Shown: positions 57,094-64,000 of the stretch, piece after piece
Layout of the letters: each line of letters begins with the position of its first letter
Numbering within the stretch: the stretch's first letter is position 1
DNA from: Actinomycetota bacterium
GTDB taxonomy: Bacteria; Actinomycetota; JAHEXW01
Assembly (NCBI GenBank): GCA_025355855.1
Contig: JANXYU010000003.1
Location: forward strand, 88,713 to 152,712
Direction: 5' to 3'
DNA: 64,000 bases
Translations under genes and position numbers: made by a program
Notes under the pieces: model-generated
The model's input: the letters and a program-made list of their open reading frames with translations, nothing else
What the model was told of the DNA's origin: nothing
Database searches by the model: none

Positions 57094-59012
57094 GCCCTCG
57101 CCCCGGTTTTGACCGAAGGAAACAGGGTCGCGTCGGTGTGCGGCAAGAACAAAGCCGCCACATATCCGTCCATGAATTTGTTGTTTGTCGACAGGTCAAG
57201 ATAGGTCATGCGCGCCGCGGTCGCCGCGATCTCCGCCCGCTTCTCCCGTGAAATCGCGGAGTTGTGCGCCCCCCATAAGGAACCGTTGCCGATATAGTAG
57301 AACTTGTCGGTTGGCAGGTCGGGCAAGAGACCGATGGTGATTGCGCGAGCCGCGTCCAGGTGACGGCCGAAGGAGCCCGCGATATAAAACCGGTCGACGT
57401 CTTGGAGCGATACCGAGACGCTGTCCAGCAAGACCATGACGGCGGCAAAAACTGCCGCCTTAGCCCGCAACAGATTGTCGATGTCCGCTTCCGTAATGAC
57501 GATATCGCGATCGGCGCCGTTATCCCCGGCTGCGGCCAGCGCGTATTCCGGTCCGCTGGGACCGATGCGCGTTCGGTCGGTCGGCAAGTCCACGTTGATT
57601 TTGCCTTTGGCGTCGATAACGCCGGCCTCGAACATCTCCGCCAGCGCGTCAATCAAGCCGGACCCGCAGATCCCAATCGGTCGTTTGCCGCCGACGGTTT
57701 TGATCGTCGGCTCGTAAGTCGTGGGGTCGACAAGGACCTCCTCGATAGCGCCAAAGGTTGCCCGCATGCCGTATTTCACTCCGCCGCCCTCGAACGCGGG
57801 ACCTGCCGAACACGAGCAGGACACTAGATACTCATTGTTCCCTAAAACCATCTCTCCGTTCGTGCCGACGTCAATATACAAGGACAGTTTTTCAGAAGTG
57901 GGGATGCCGGCCGCGACGATGCCGGCGACGATATCCGCGCCTAGATAAGAAGCGACGCACGGCAGAGGGTATAGGTTCGTTCGCGGTCCCAATTTTAGGC
58001 CCAGCTCGCGGGCTCGCACCCAGGGAAAAGTCGTGGCGGTAGGAATATAGGGCTCTTCCCGCAGATACTTTGGATTAAGACCCAGTAAAAGATGTTGCAT
58101 GATCGTGTTGCCGGCCGCATAGACGGCGACAACATTGTCCTGGGTCATGTCCGCCGCGGTCAACAAGCGCCGCAGCGCTTCGTTAATGGTATCGACGACC
58201 AGTTCGCGCAGACGGGCTTGCCCGCCGGGCCGTTGGGAATAGACGATTCTAGAGATGACGTCCTCGCCGCAAGAAATCTGGCGGTTGTAGGCGGACGTTT
58301 CAGCCACGGCTTCTTTTGTGTCTAAATCAATCAGCTTGCCGACAACGGTCGTTGTTCCGACATCGATCGCCAGGGCGACGGCGCGGCCGGTTTGGTCGCC
58401 CGGTTGAAGCATCGTTACCAGGGCTTGTTCCGGGTCGCGGCGGACCGTGGCTGTCACTTGCCATTCTTCCTGCCGGCACGCAACCGCGGCTTCTTTTAAG
58501 GCGGCCGGCTTAAATATCACGGGTTCATCGACACCGGCCTGACGCAACGCTCTCGTTAACCGGACGGTATCGCTGGCGTTGTCGTCCAGCGTCGGCGGCG
58601 TCATGGTCAGAAAGAACTGCGCCACCGGCGGGTCGAGCGTGATTGCGTCCAAGCTCTCGGCCTCTTCGGCGGCGGTCATCATCTTGCCGTAGGTGACCGC
58701 TTCTTCGGTTTCCTCTGGCACTATACCAAGCCGCGTTTCGGGGGGCACTAGGACCTTCAGGTCGGACGTGACGCTGGTTAAACAGGCGAGGACGTAGCCT
58801 TTGGCCGCATCCTCATCCGAGACCTTGGGAGTCTGCTTGGTCACGATAGCGCCATCGTCAACAATCACGCGGCATTTTCCGCAATCGCCGTCACCGCCGC
58901 AAGTCGCGGTGATGTGCACCTCGGCCGCGATGGCTGCGGTCAGCACGCTTTCGCCGTCAGCAACCTCCGCCACCCGGTTATCCGGATAGAATGTGACCTT
59001 ATGTGTTTTCAA
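57090..59012 (-). CDS. reductive activator of corrinoid Fe-S protein (RACo; 2Fe-2S ferredoxin + ASKHA ATPase)
   Basis: N-terminal plant-type ferredoxin (CGGDGDCGKCRV), ~640 aa, located in the acs cluster. Confidence 0.75.
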   Translation of the reverse strand: MKTHKVTFYPDNRVAEVADGESVLTAAIAAEVHITATCGGDGDCGKCRVIVDDGAIVTKQTPKVSDEDAAKGYVLACLTSVTSDLKVLVPPETRLGIVPEETEEAVTYGKMMTAAEEAESLDAITLDPPVAQFFLTMTPPTLDDNASDTVRLTRALRQAGVDEPVIFKPAALKEAAVACRQEEWQVTATVRRDPEQALVTMLQPGDQTGRAVALAIDVGTTTVVGKLIDLDTKEAVAETSAYNRQISCGEDVISRIVYSQRPGGQARLRELVVDTINEALRRLLTAADMTQDNVVAVYAAGNTIMQHLLLGLNPKYLREEPYIPTATTFPWVRARELGLKLGPRTNLYPLPCVASYLGADIVAGIVAAGIPTSEKLSLYIDVGTNGEMVLGNNEYLVSCSCSAGPAFEGGGVKYGMRATFGAIEEVLVDPTTYEPTIKTVGGKRPIGICGSGLIDALAEMFEAGVIDAKGKINVDLPTDRTRIGPSGPEYALAAAGDNGADRDIVITEADIDNLLRAKAAVFAAVMVLLDSVSVSLQDVDRFYIAGSFGRHLDAARAITIGLLPDLPTDKFYYIGNGSLWGAHNSAISREKRAEIAATAARMTYLDLSTNNKFMDGYVAALFLPHTDATLFPSVKTGARA

Positions 59013-59050
59013 GTGCTCTAGCGCCTCGCTTCCGACCGCTTACGGCCGGT

Positions 59051-60754
59051 TTAGAACAGGCCGATTACTTTGCCGTCGTCATCGATGTCGATATGATTGC
59101 CGGCCGGCACGCTGGGCAGACCGGGCATGGTCCGCATCTCGCCGCACAGCGGATACAAGAAACCCGCGCCCATCGCCGCCCGTACGTCGCGGATCGGCAG
59201 ACGAAAGCCCGTCGGCCGCCCTTTCAGGGTCGGCTCGTGTGAAATAGACAGGTGGGTCTTGGCCATGCAGACCGGAACGTTTGTGTAGCCGAGCTCGGTG
59301 TACATCTTGATCTTCTTCTCAGCTACCGGCGAGTAGTCAACGCCGTCGGCGCCATAAATCTGCATAGCGACAGCCTCGATTTTTTCTTTGATCGGCGCGT
59401 CCGTCTCATAGGTGAACTTGAATTCGCTCGGCATGTCGGCCGCTTTGACGACAGCGCGGGCCAGATCTTCGCCGCCGGCACCGCCCCGGGCCCAAACCTG
59501 GCTTTCCACGGCGTCTTCGGCTCCCGCCGCGATGGCCAGCTTCCTGATCAACGCAATCTCTTTGTCGGAGTCGTAGGTGAAACGATTGACGGCCACGACC
59601 ACCGGCACTCCGAACGACCGCATATTTTCGATGTGTTTAACCAGGTTGACGCAACCTTCCTCCAGCGCCTGCAGGTTTTCCTTGACGAGCTCGGGATCCA
59701 GCGGACGGCCCGCGACCACGGTGAACCGGCCGCTATGCATTTTCAGGGCTCGCGCGGTCGCGACGATTACCACTGCATCGGGACGCAGGCCGGAATAACG
59801 GCACTTTATGTTCAAAAACTTCTCCGCGCCCATGTCGGCGCCGAAACCGCTCTCGGTCACGACATAGTCGCCCAGCTTGAGAGCGATGCGGTCTTCGATA
59901 ATGGAATTGTTGCCGTGCGCGATGTTGGCAAAGGGGCCGGCGTGGACCATCACGGGCCCGCCCTCCAGATTCTGGATCAAATTGGGCTTAATGGCATCGC
60001 GCAGGAGTACGGCCATCGATCCGGCAACCTGTAGGTCTTCGGCCGTGACCGGCTGGCCGTCATAAGTAAAGGCGACAACGATCCGCCCCAGCCTTTGCCG
60101 CAGATCCTTCAGGTCGCTGGCCAGCGCCAAGATGGCCATGACCTCCGAGGCGACGGTAATGTCGAAAGCCGCCTCCCGGGGTTGGCCGTTCTCGCGTCCG
60201 CCTAACCCGATAACGATCTGTCGCAAAGCCCGGTCGGAAACATCCATCACACGCGGCCAAATAATACTCAGGGGATCGATGTTTAGCTTATTGCCTTTGA
60301 CTATGTGATTATCCAGGAAGGCGGCGCACAGGTTGTGAGCCAAGCCCACCGCGTGGACGTCACCGGTAAAGTGCAGGTTGAAGTCTTCCATCGGTACGCA
60401 CTGGGCGTAACCGCCGCCGGCCGCGCCGCCCTTGATGCCGAAAACCGGCCCCAAGGATGGCTGGCGGATGCAGGTAACGCATTTCTTGCCTATATAGTTG
60501 AGCGCCTCGCCAAGACCCACTGTCGTGACCGTTTTGCCCTCGCCCAAAGGCGTCGGGGTAATGGCCGTGACGTCGATGTATTTGCCGCTCGGGTTGTCCT
60601 TTAGACGATCCATAACGTCCAGCGTGATCTTCGCCTTGTATTTGCCGTACAGCTCGATGTCGTCTTCGCCCAGACCCAGAGCCGCCGCGATTTCGACAAT
60701 CGGCTTCATTTGAGCAGCTTGCGCTATCTCTAAGTCGCTTTTTACGTCTGCCAC
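59051..60754 (-). CDS. fhs: formate-tetrahydrofolate ligase
   Basis: 567 aa; PTPLGEGKTVTTVGL P-loop; GTG start with GGAGGA RBS. Confidence 0.95.
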   Translation of the reverse strand: MADVKSDLEIAQAAQMKPIVEIAAALGLGEDDIELYGKYKAKITLDVMDRLKDNPSGKYIDVTAITPTPLGEGKTVTTVGLGEALNYIGKKCVTCIRQPSLGPVFGIKGGAAGGGYAQCVPMEDFNLHFTGDVHAVGLAHNLCAAFLDNHIVKGNKLNIDPLSIIWPRVMDVSDRALRQIVIGLGGRENGQPREAAFDITVASEVMAILALASDLKDLRQRLGRIVVAFTYDGQPVTAEDLQVAGSMAVLLRDAIKPNLIQNLEGGPVMVHAGPFANIAHGNNSIIEDRIALKLGDYVVTESGFGADMGAEKFLNIKCRYSGLRPDAVVIVATARALKMHSGRFTVVAGRPLDPELVKENLQALEEGCVNLVKHIENMRSFGVPVVVAVNRFTYDSDKEIALIRKLAIAAGAEDAVESQVWARGGAGGEDLARAVVKAADMPSEFKFTYETDAPIKEKIEAVAMQIYGADGVDYSPVAEKKIKMYTELGYTNVPVCMAKTHLSISHEPTLKGRPTGFRLPIRDVRAAMGAGFLYPLCGEMRTMPGLPSVPAGNHIDIDDDGKVIGLF

Positions 60755-60867
60755 TTATCCTCCTAATGTTTCAGTTGGTTTCATTGTCCAAAAAACAAGA
60801 CACTAACGCCCCGATGCGGACGTAAGCCGCGTCCAAATAGGAACGAATGCGCGCTAGGGTTGAAATA

Positions 60868-60896
60868 ATCATAGCTACGGCGGTTTGGCCAGTCAA
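60868..60896 (-). promoter_or_regulatory. sigma-70-type promoter TTGACT-17 nt-TATGAT for the fhs-led Wood-Ljungdahl operon, leaving a ~105-nt 5' UTR
   Basis: Read on the minus strand: -35 at 60896..60891, -10 at 60873..60868. Confidence 0.5.
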
Positions 60897-61059
60897 GAAG
60901 AAAGTGTAACAAATGATACAAAAGTTTCGCGGAAGGGACAGGCCGCGAGGCGCAGATGACGCTGCCTCAGATGGAAATATGGTGACTTTAAGCTTCTGTT
61001 TATGGTATAAATTTTCCATAACCTGCGGTCAAATAGACCGCCTTCGCGAAGGAGGAACT

Positions 61060-61389
61060 ATGTTAGCTTTGTCACCCGCCATGATGCTTCTCGCCCGGAC
61101 GTATTTCCCGTCGTTTATCTCGACCGGCAACTCTTGCTGCTGCGGGGGGCCCAGCTTGCTGACATTGATTATTATCGGTGTCGTCATCTACCTGATCGTG
61201 CAGAATCAAAACAAGAAGCCGAGCGGCACCATGACCACACCCGTGCCGCCAGCGGTACCGGCCGCGCCGCCAGTCGCTGCGCCTTCCGAACCTCCAGTGG
61301 AAACAACGCCAGTGGCGCCGCCGGTCGTGACCCCGACGGAGCCCAAGACCGAACCGGAAGCCAAGCCGGAGGAAAAAAAGAAAGACTAA
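61060..61389 (+). CDS. small membrane protein with Pro/Ala/Val-rich and Lys/Glu-rich C-terminal tail
   Basis: ATG 61060 with AAGGAGG RBS; one TM (LLTLIIIGVVIYLIV) then PVPPAVPAAPPVAAPSEPPVETTPVAPPVVTP. Confidence 0.45.
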   Translation: MLALSPAMMLLARTYFPSFISTGNSCCCGGPSLLTLIIIGVVIYLIVQNQNKKPSGTMTTPVPPAVPAAPPVAAPSEPPVETTPVAPPVVTPTEPKTEPEAKPEEKKKD

Positions 61390-61595
61390 AGCGTCTGCAC
61401 ATAACCGTACTACGAGGAGGGGGGACACGGCACGCTTTTTGCCGGCCTCCCTTCTTTTTTGTCATTTGCCTGCTAAAGAATCCCTCCCCGCGCGCCGATA
61501 TTATTCGTGTAAGCAGTTTGACAAAACTTTTATCTCTCCCGCCGGACAGCCGAAGGTGAGAGCAAGCGCCACGACACAACCACGACTTCCACACA

Positions 61596-61642
61596 AAAAA
61601 GGCCTGTTCTTTTAGGGAGACCTAAAAAGAACGGGCCTTTTT
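61596..61642 (+). terminator. stem-loop GGCCTGTTCTTTTAG-loop-CTAAAAAGAACGGGCC flanked by an A-run and T-run (bidirectional rho-independent terminator-like)
   Basis: Read directly. It sits immediately upstream of the RBS of the next gene, so it could instead be a 5' leader structure. Confidence 0.4.
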
Positions 61643-61665
61643 ATGTGGCCAAAGGAGCGGGAATA

Positions 61666-62205
61666 ATGAAGAAGATCGTTGTTTTGATCAGTGCGGCGGT
61701 TTTGGCGGCGGGCGCCAGCGTGGCCGCTTTTAGCGTCGCGGCGGGAAACACGAGCGAGGCCGCGCGGCCGGCCAAACCGACGGGCATTATCGCCCTCAAT
61801 CACGCCCGCGGCAGGGCGGCTGACAACACAATGCAAAAAGCTATCGATGACGCGGCGACGCGAGCAGCGGCCGAGCAGGCGGCTCGCGACGAAGCGGCTC
61901 GCCAAGCCTCGGCCCAACAAGCCGCAGCCCAGGGCGGCAACGGTAGCTCCGGCGGCGGCTCAAGCGAAGCGGCCGCGGCGCCAAGTGGCGGCGGAGAAGA
62001 TCTCTGGGGGGTTTTGGCGAGCTTTGGCGTTCCAGGCACCAGCATCGCCTACGGTAATACTTACGGCTACGAGGCAATCTCTTATTACAGAACCGGTTAC
62101 ATCGTCATAAACCCAAACCATACGTATGACCTCTATACGCTGGTCGCGCACGAAATCAACCACATTGTTGCTTACCGGGAATCTGGGAAGACTACGGAGT
62201 ATTAG
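61666..62205 (+). CDS. secreted Ala/Gln-rich protein with C-terminal HEINH (HExxH) domain
   Basis: ATG 61666 with AAGGAG RBS; signal peptide MKKIVVLISAAVLAAGASVAA; ...TLVAHEINHIVAY. The track ORF starts at GTG 61645. Confidence 0.45.
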   Translation: MKKIVVLISAAVLAAGASVAAFSVAAGNTSEAARPAKPTGIIALNHARGRAADNTMQKAIDDAATRAAAEQAARDEAARQASAQQAAAQGGNGSSGGGSSEAAAAPSGGGEDLWGVLASFGVPGTSIAYGNTYGYEAISYYRTGYIVINPNHTYDLYTLVAHEINHIVAYRESGKTTEY

Positions 62206-62208
62206 GCG

Positions 62209-63261
62209 TCAGGACCGGCGAAGATTCAAGTCTTGCCCACAGCCGGCGCAGGTCGCGCCCTCGACCATACAGGGATTTGTCATATAACCCGAGCGTTCAA
62301 TGACTAGGGCGCCGCAGCCGGGACAATATGTATTCTCGCCGGGGTTTCCGGGGTCATTGCCCACATAAACGAACGAGAGCCCCGCGTCCAAGCCGATCTG
62401 TCGAGCGCGATTTAAGGTTGCCGTGGGCGTCGCCGGCAGATTTGCGAGGTCTAGATAGGGAATGAAGCGGGTGACATGCCAGGGGGTCTCGGGGCCCAGG
62501 GCGCCGACAATCCATTCGGCGATGTCGCGCAATTGTCGCTCATCGTCGTTCAAGGTAGGAATGACGTTGGTCACAATCTCTACATGACAGCCCCAGCGCT
62601 TCTTGGCGCGCTCCGCCGCCGCAAGAATGCTCCGCCAGTTCGACACGCCGGCCAGCTGTTTGTAGAACGCGTCCGTGAAGCCTTTGACGTCGACCCTGTA
62701 CGCGTCCAAATAGGGGCCGATCGCGTCGACGGCTGCCTCCGTAGCATAACCGTTTGTTACGTAAACGGTGTATAAGCCCGCGTCCCGGCAAAGCTTGGCG
62801 GTATCAATCGTATATTCCAGCCAGATGGTCGGCTCGTTGTAGGTCCAGGCGATGCCGCCGCAATCGTTGGCCTTAGCCGCCGCGACGGCCTGCGCGGGCG
62901 ACAGCTCGGACAAGCCCGGCAGATTAAGGGCTCCTCCGGCGTTAACCGCGTCATCCAGCCGCTCGTGCGCGATCTGCCAGTTCTGGCAGTGGACGCACCG
63001 CAGATTACAGCCGGCGCTGCCCACGCTGAAAACACGCGTTCCCGGATGAAAGTGGAACAGTGGCTTCTTTTCGATGGGATCAGAGGCGGCCGAGGTTATC
63101 TTGCCGTAGGTGATCGCGTAGAGCGTGCCGCCCCGGTTGTGGCGCACGCCGCAGAATCCGGCTCGGCCGTCCGCTATTTTACAATCGCGCGGACAAACAA
63201 GGCAGTGGACGCGGGTGTCGTCAAGTTTCTCGTACAGAATGCACTCGTGCATTTCTCTCAT
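62209..63261 (-). CDS. radical-SAM enzyme of the AmmeMemoRadiSam (AmrS/PflA-like) type
   Basis: N-terminal CxxC pairs (HCLVCPRDC...FCG), radical-SAM CNLRCVHC, C-terminal YCPGCG...CAGCG. Confidence 0.65.
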   Translation of the reverse strand: MREMHECILYEKLDDTRVHCLVCPRDCKIADGRAGFCGVRHNRGGTLYAITYGKITSAASDPIEKKPLFHFHPGTRVFSVGSAGCNLRCVHCQNWQIAHERLDDAVNAGGALNLPGLSELSPAQAVAAAKANDCGGIAWTYNEPTIWLEYTIDTAKLCRDAGLYTVYVTNGYATEAAVDAIGPYLDAYRVDVKGFTDAFYKQLAGVSNWRSILAAAERAKKRWGCHVEIVTNVIPTLNDDERQLRDIAEWIVGALGPETPWHVTRFIPYLDLANLPATPTATLNRARQIGLDAGLSFVYVGNDPGNPGENTYCPGCGALVIERSGYMTNPCMVEGATCAGCGQDLNLRRS

Positions 63262-63270
63262 AACGTCAGA

Positions 63271-64000
63271 TTAGGCCAGCCCCAGCACGATTGCAACCAG
63301 CAACGCTACCGTAAGAGCGATGATAAATACGGTCGTGGCCCAGGCGATGACGTTGAAAACCTTGCCGTTGACGTGGTCGCCCATTATTTCGCGGTCGTTG
63401 GCAATACTCATGACATAGAAAAGGATGATCGGCATCAACACGCCGTTAAGGGTCGCTGACAACAGAAGGATCGACACTAACGGAACCCCCGGAATCAAAA
63501 CTACGGCGCCGGCGGCCAGAATGAAGAAGCCGAGCAGGCCGTAAAACTGGGGCGCCTCAGCGGCCGTGTTATCGATGCCCGCTTCCCAGCCAAACGCCTC
63601 GCATGTCGAGTAGGCGCTCGTTAGTGGCAGAATTGACATGCCGAGCAGGGCGGCGTTGGCCAAGCCGAAGGCAAATAGCGTCGCGGCGAACCCGCCGGCC
63701 AGCGGGCGCAGTGCGAGCGCTGCGTCTTTGGCGTCGTTAATTGATTTTCCAAAGACCCAGATGGTCGCGGCGCAGGCAATGATGATAAAGTACGCGATGA
63801 AATCGGTCATGAAGGCCCCGAAAAAAACGTCGCCGCGCGCGATATTGAGCTCGCGGATACTCATTTTTTTATCGACAGCATAGCTCTGGATGAAGAACTG
63901 GCCCCAGGGCGTGATCGTGGTCCCGACGGTCGCAATAAACACTATCAGGTAGTCCTTGCTAATCTTAAAGGTGGGGAGAACAGAGCCCTTGGCTGCCGCG
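63271..64000 (-). CDS. Nramp-family divalent-cation transporter, C-terminal ~240 aa (gene continues beyond window end)
   Basis: The frame is open to position 64000; TM-rich; the C-terminal region LNGVLMPIILFYVMSIANDREIMGDHVNGKVFNVIAW resembles the MntH tail; the TM6-like segment reads FIATVGTTITPWGQ. Confidence 0.7.
   Translation of the reverse strand, partial: AAAKGSVLPTFKISKDYLIVFIATVGTTITPWGQFFIQSYAVDKKMSIRELNIARGDVFFGAFMTDFIAYFIIIACAATIWVFGKSINDAKDAALALRPLAGGFAATLFAFGLANAALLGMSILPLTSAYSTCEAFGWEAGIDNTAAEAPQFYGLLGFFILAAGAVVLIPGVPLVSILLLSATLNGVLMPIILFYVMSIANDREIMGDHVNGKVFNVIAWATTVFIIALTVALLVAIVLGLA

Noticed and set aside
60755-60867. ZTP (pfl) or THF riboswitch in the fhs leader
   Set aside because: No GGGUCGUGAC / CCGGGC...CGCCUGGGCA-type cores or THF-riboswitch junction motifs could be found by eye in the 105-nt leader.

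Overview
This 64-kb window is high-GC (~60%) bacterial DNA, and most genes are on the minus strand. Gene content suggests an anaerobic, Gram-positive/Actinomycetota-like organism with a Wood-Ljungdahl pathway. The clues are a dnaK-grpE-dnaJ-hspR-clpB operon with a HAIR-like operator, coiled-coil RipA/PcsB-like cell-wall hydrolases, and an XrtG-type exosortase. From start to end the window holds the following. (1) An N-terminal fragment of a class-III aminotransferase. (2) rpsF-ssb-rpsR and ychF. (3) A plus-strand operon at 2621-10642: a winged-helix regulator, a sequon-rich secreted protein with a C-terminal motif/TM/basic-tail signal, a minimal exosortase-family protein, a processive GT2, a large GT-C/YfhO-like membrane protein, a DPM1-like GT2 and wecB. 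This is the most interesting candidate system, because it would give an XrtG-type sortase a candidate substrate. (4) NfnAB-like bifurcating transhydrogenase genes. (5) The HspR heat-shock operon. (6) A GT4, then a tandem array of coiled-coil NlpC/P60 and M23 hydrolases plus an AmiC-like amidase. (7) nikR with a nickel ECF transporter (NikMQO), a CooC/AcsF-type ATPase, and trxA-trxB. (8) A PIN-TM-TPR protein, an Amj-like protein, and panB with a DUF2520/PanG-like gene. (9) An accessory-looking patch of three paralogous membrane-anchored proteins, two lipoproteins, TspO, a VOC protein and a GNAT. (10) A ~20-kb Wood-Ljungdahl gene cluster at 40844-60754 on the minus strand. Its order of transcription is fhs, RACo, cooC, folD, acsD, acsB, acsC, a GltD-like flavoprotein-ferredoxin-MvhD fusion, metV, metF, acsE, a NuoE-like gene, a NuoF/HydB-like gene, and a selenocysteine formate dehydrogenase gene. 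The fdhA gene has an in-frame UGA followed by an E. coli-fdhF-like SECIS hairpin. No acsA/cooS is in the window. (11) A small membrane protein, a secreted HExxH protein, an AmmeMemoRadiSam-type radical-SAM enzyme, and a partial Nramp-family transporter with a non-canonical TM6 motif. No rRNA, tRNA or CRISPR arrays were found. Two families of short structured repeats are present. One is a palindromic REP/MITE-like family, with one copy inserted in-frame inside a CDS. The other is a ~90-bp TIR-bounded element found three times in intergenic spacers of the Wood-Ljungdahl operon. Some of my self-derived coordinates disagreed with the ORF track by one base, so treat them as +/-2 nt.
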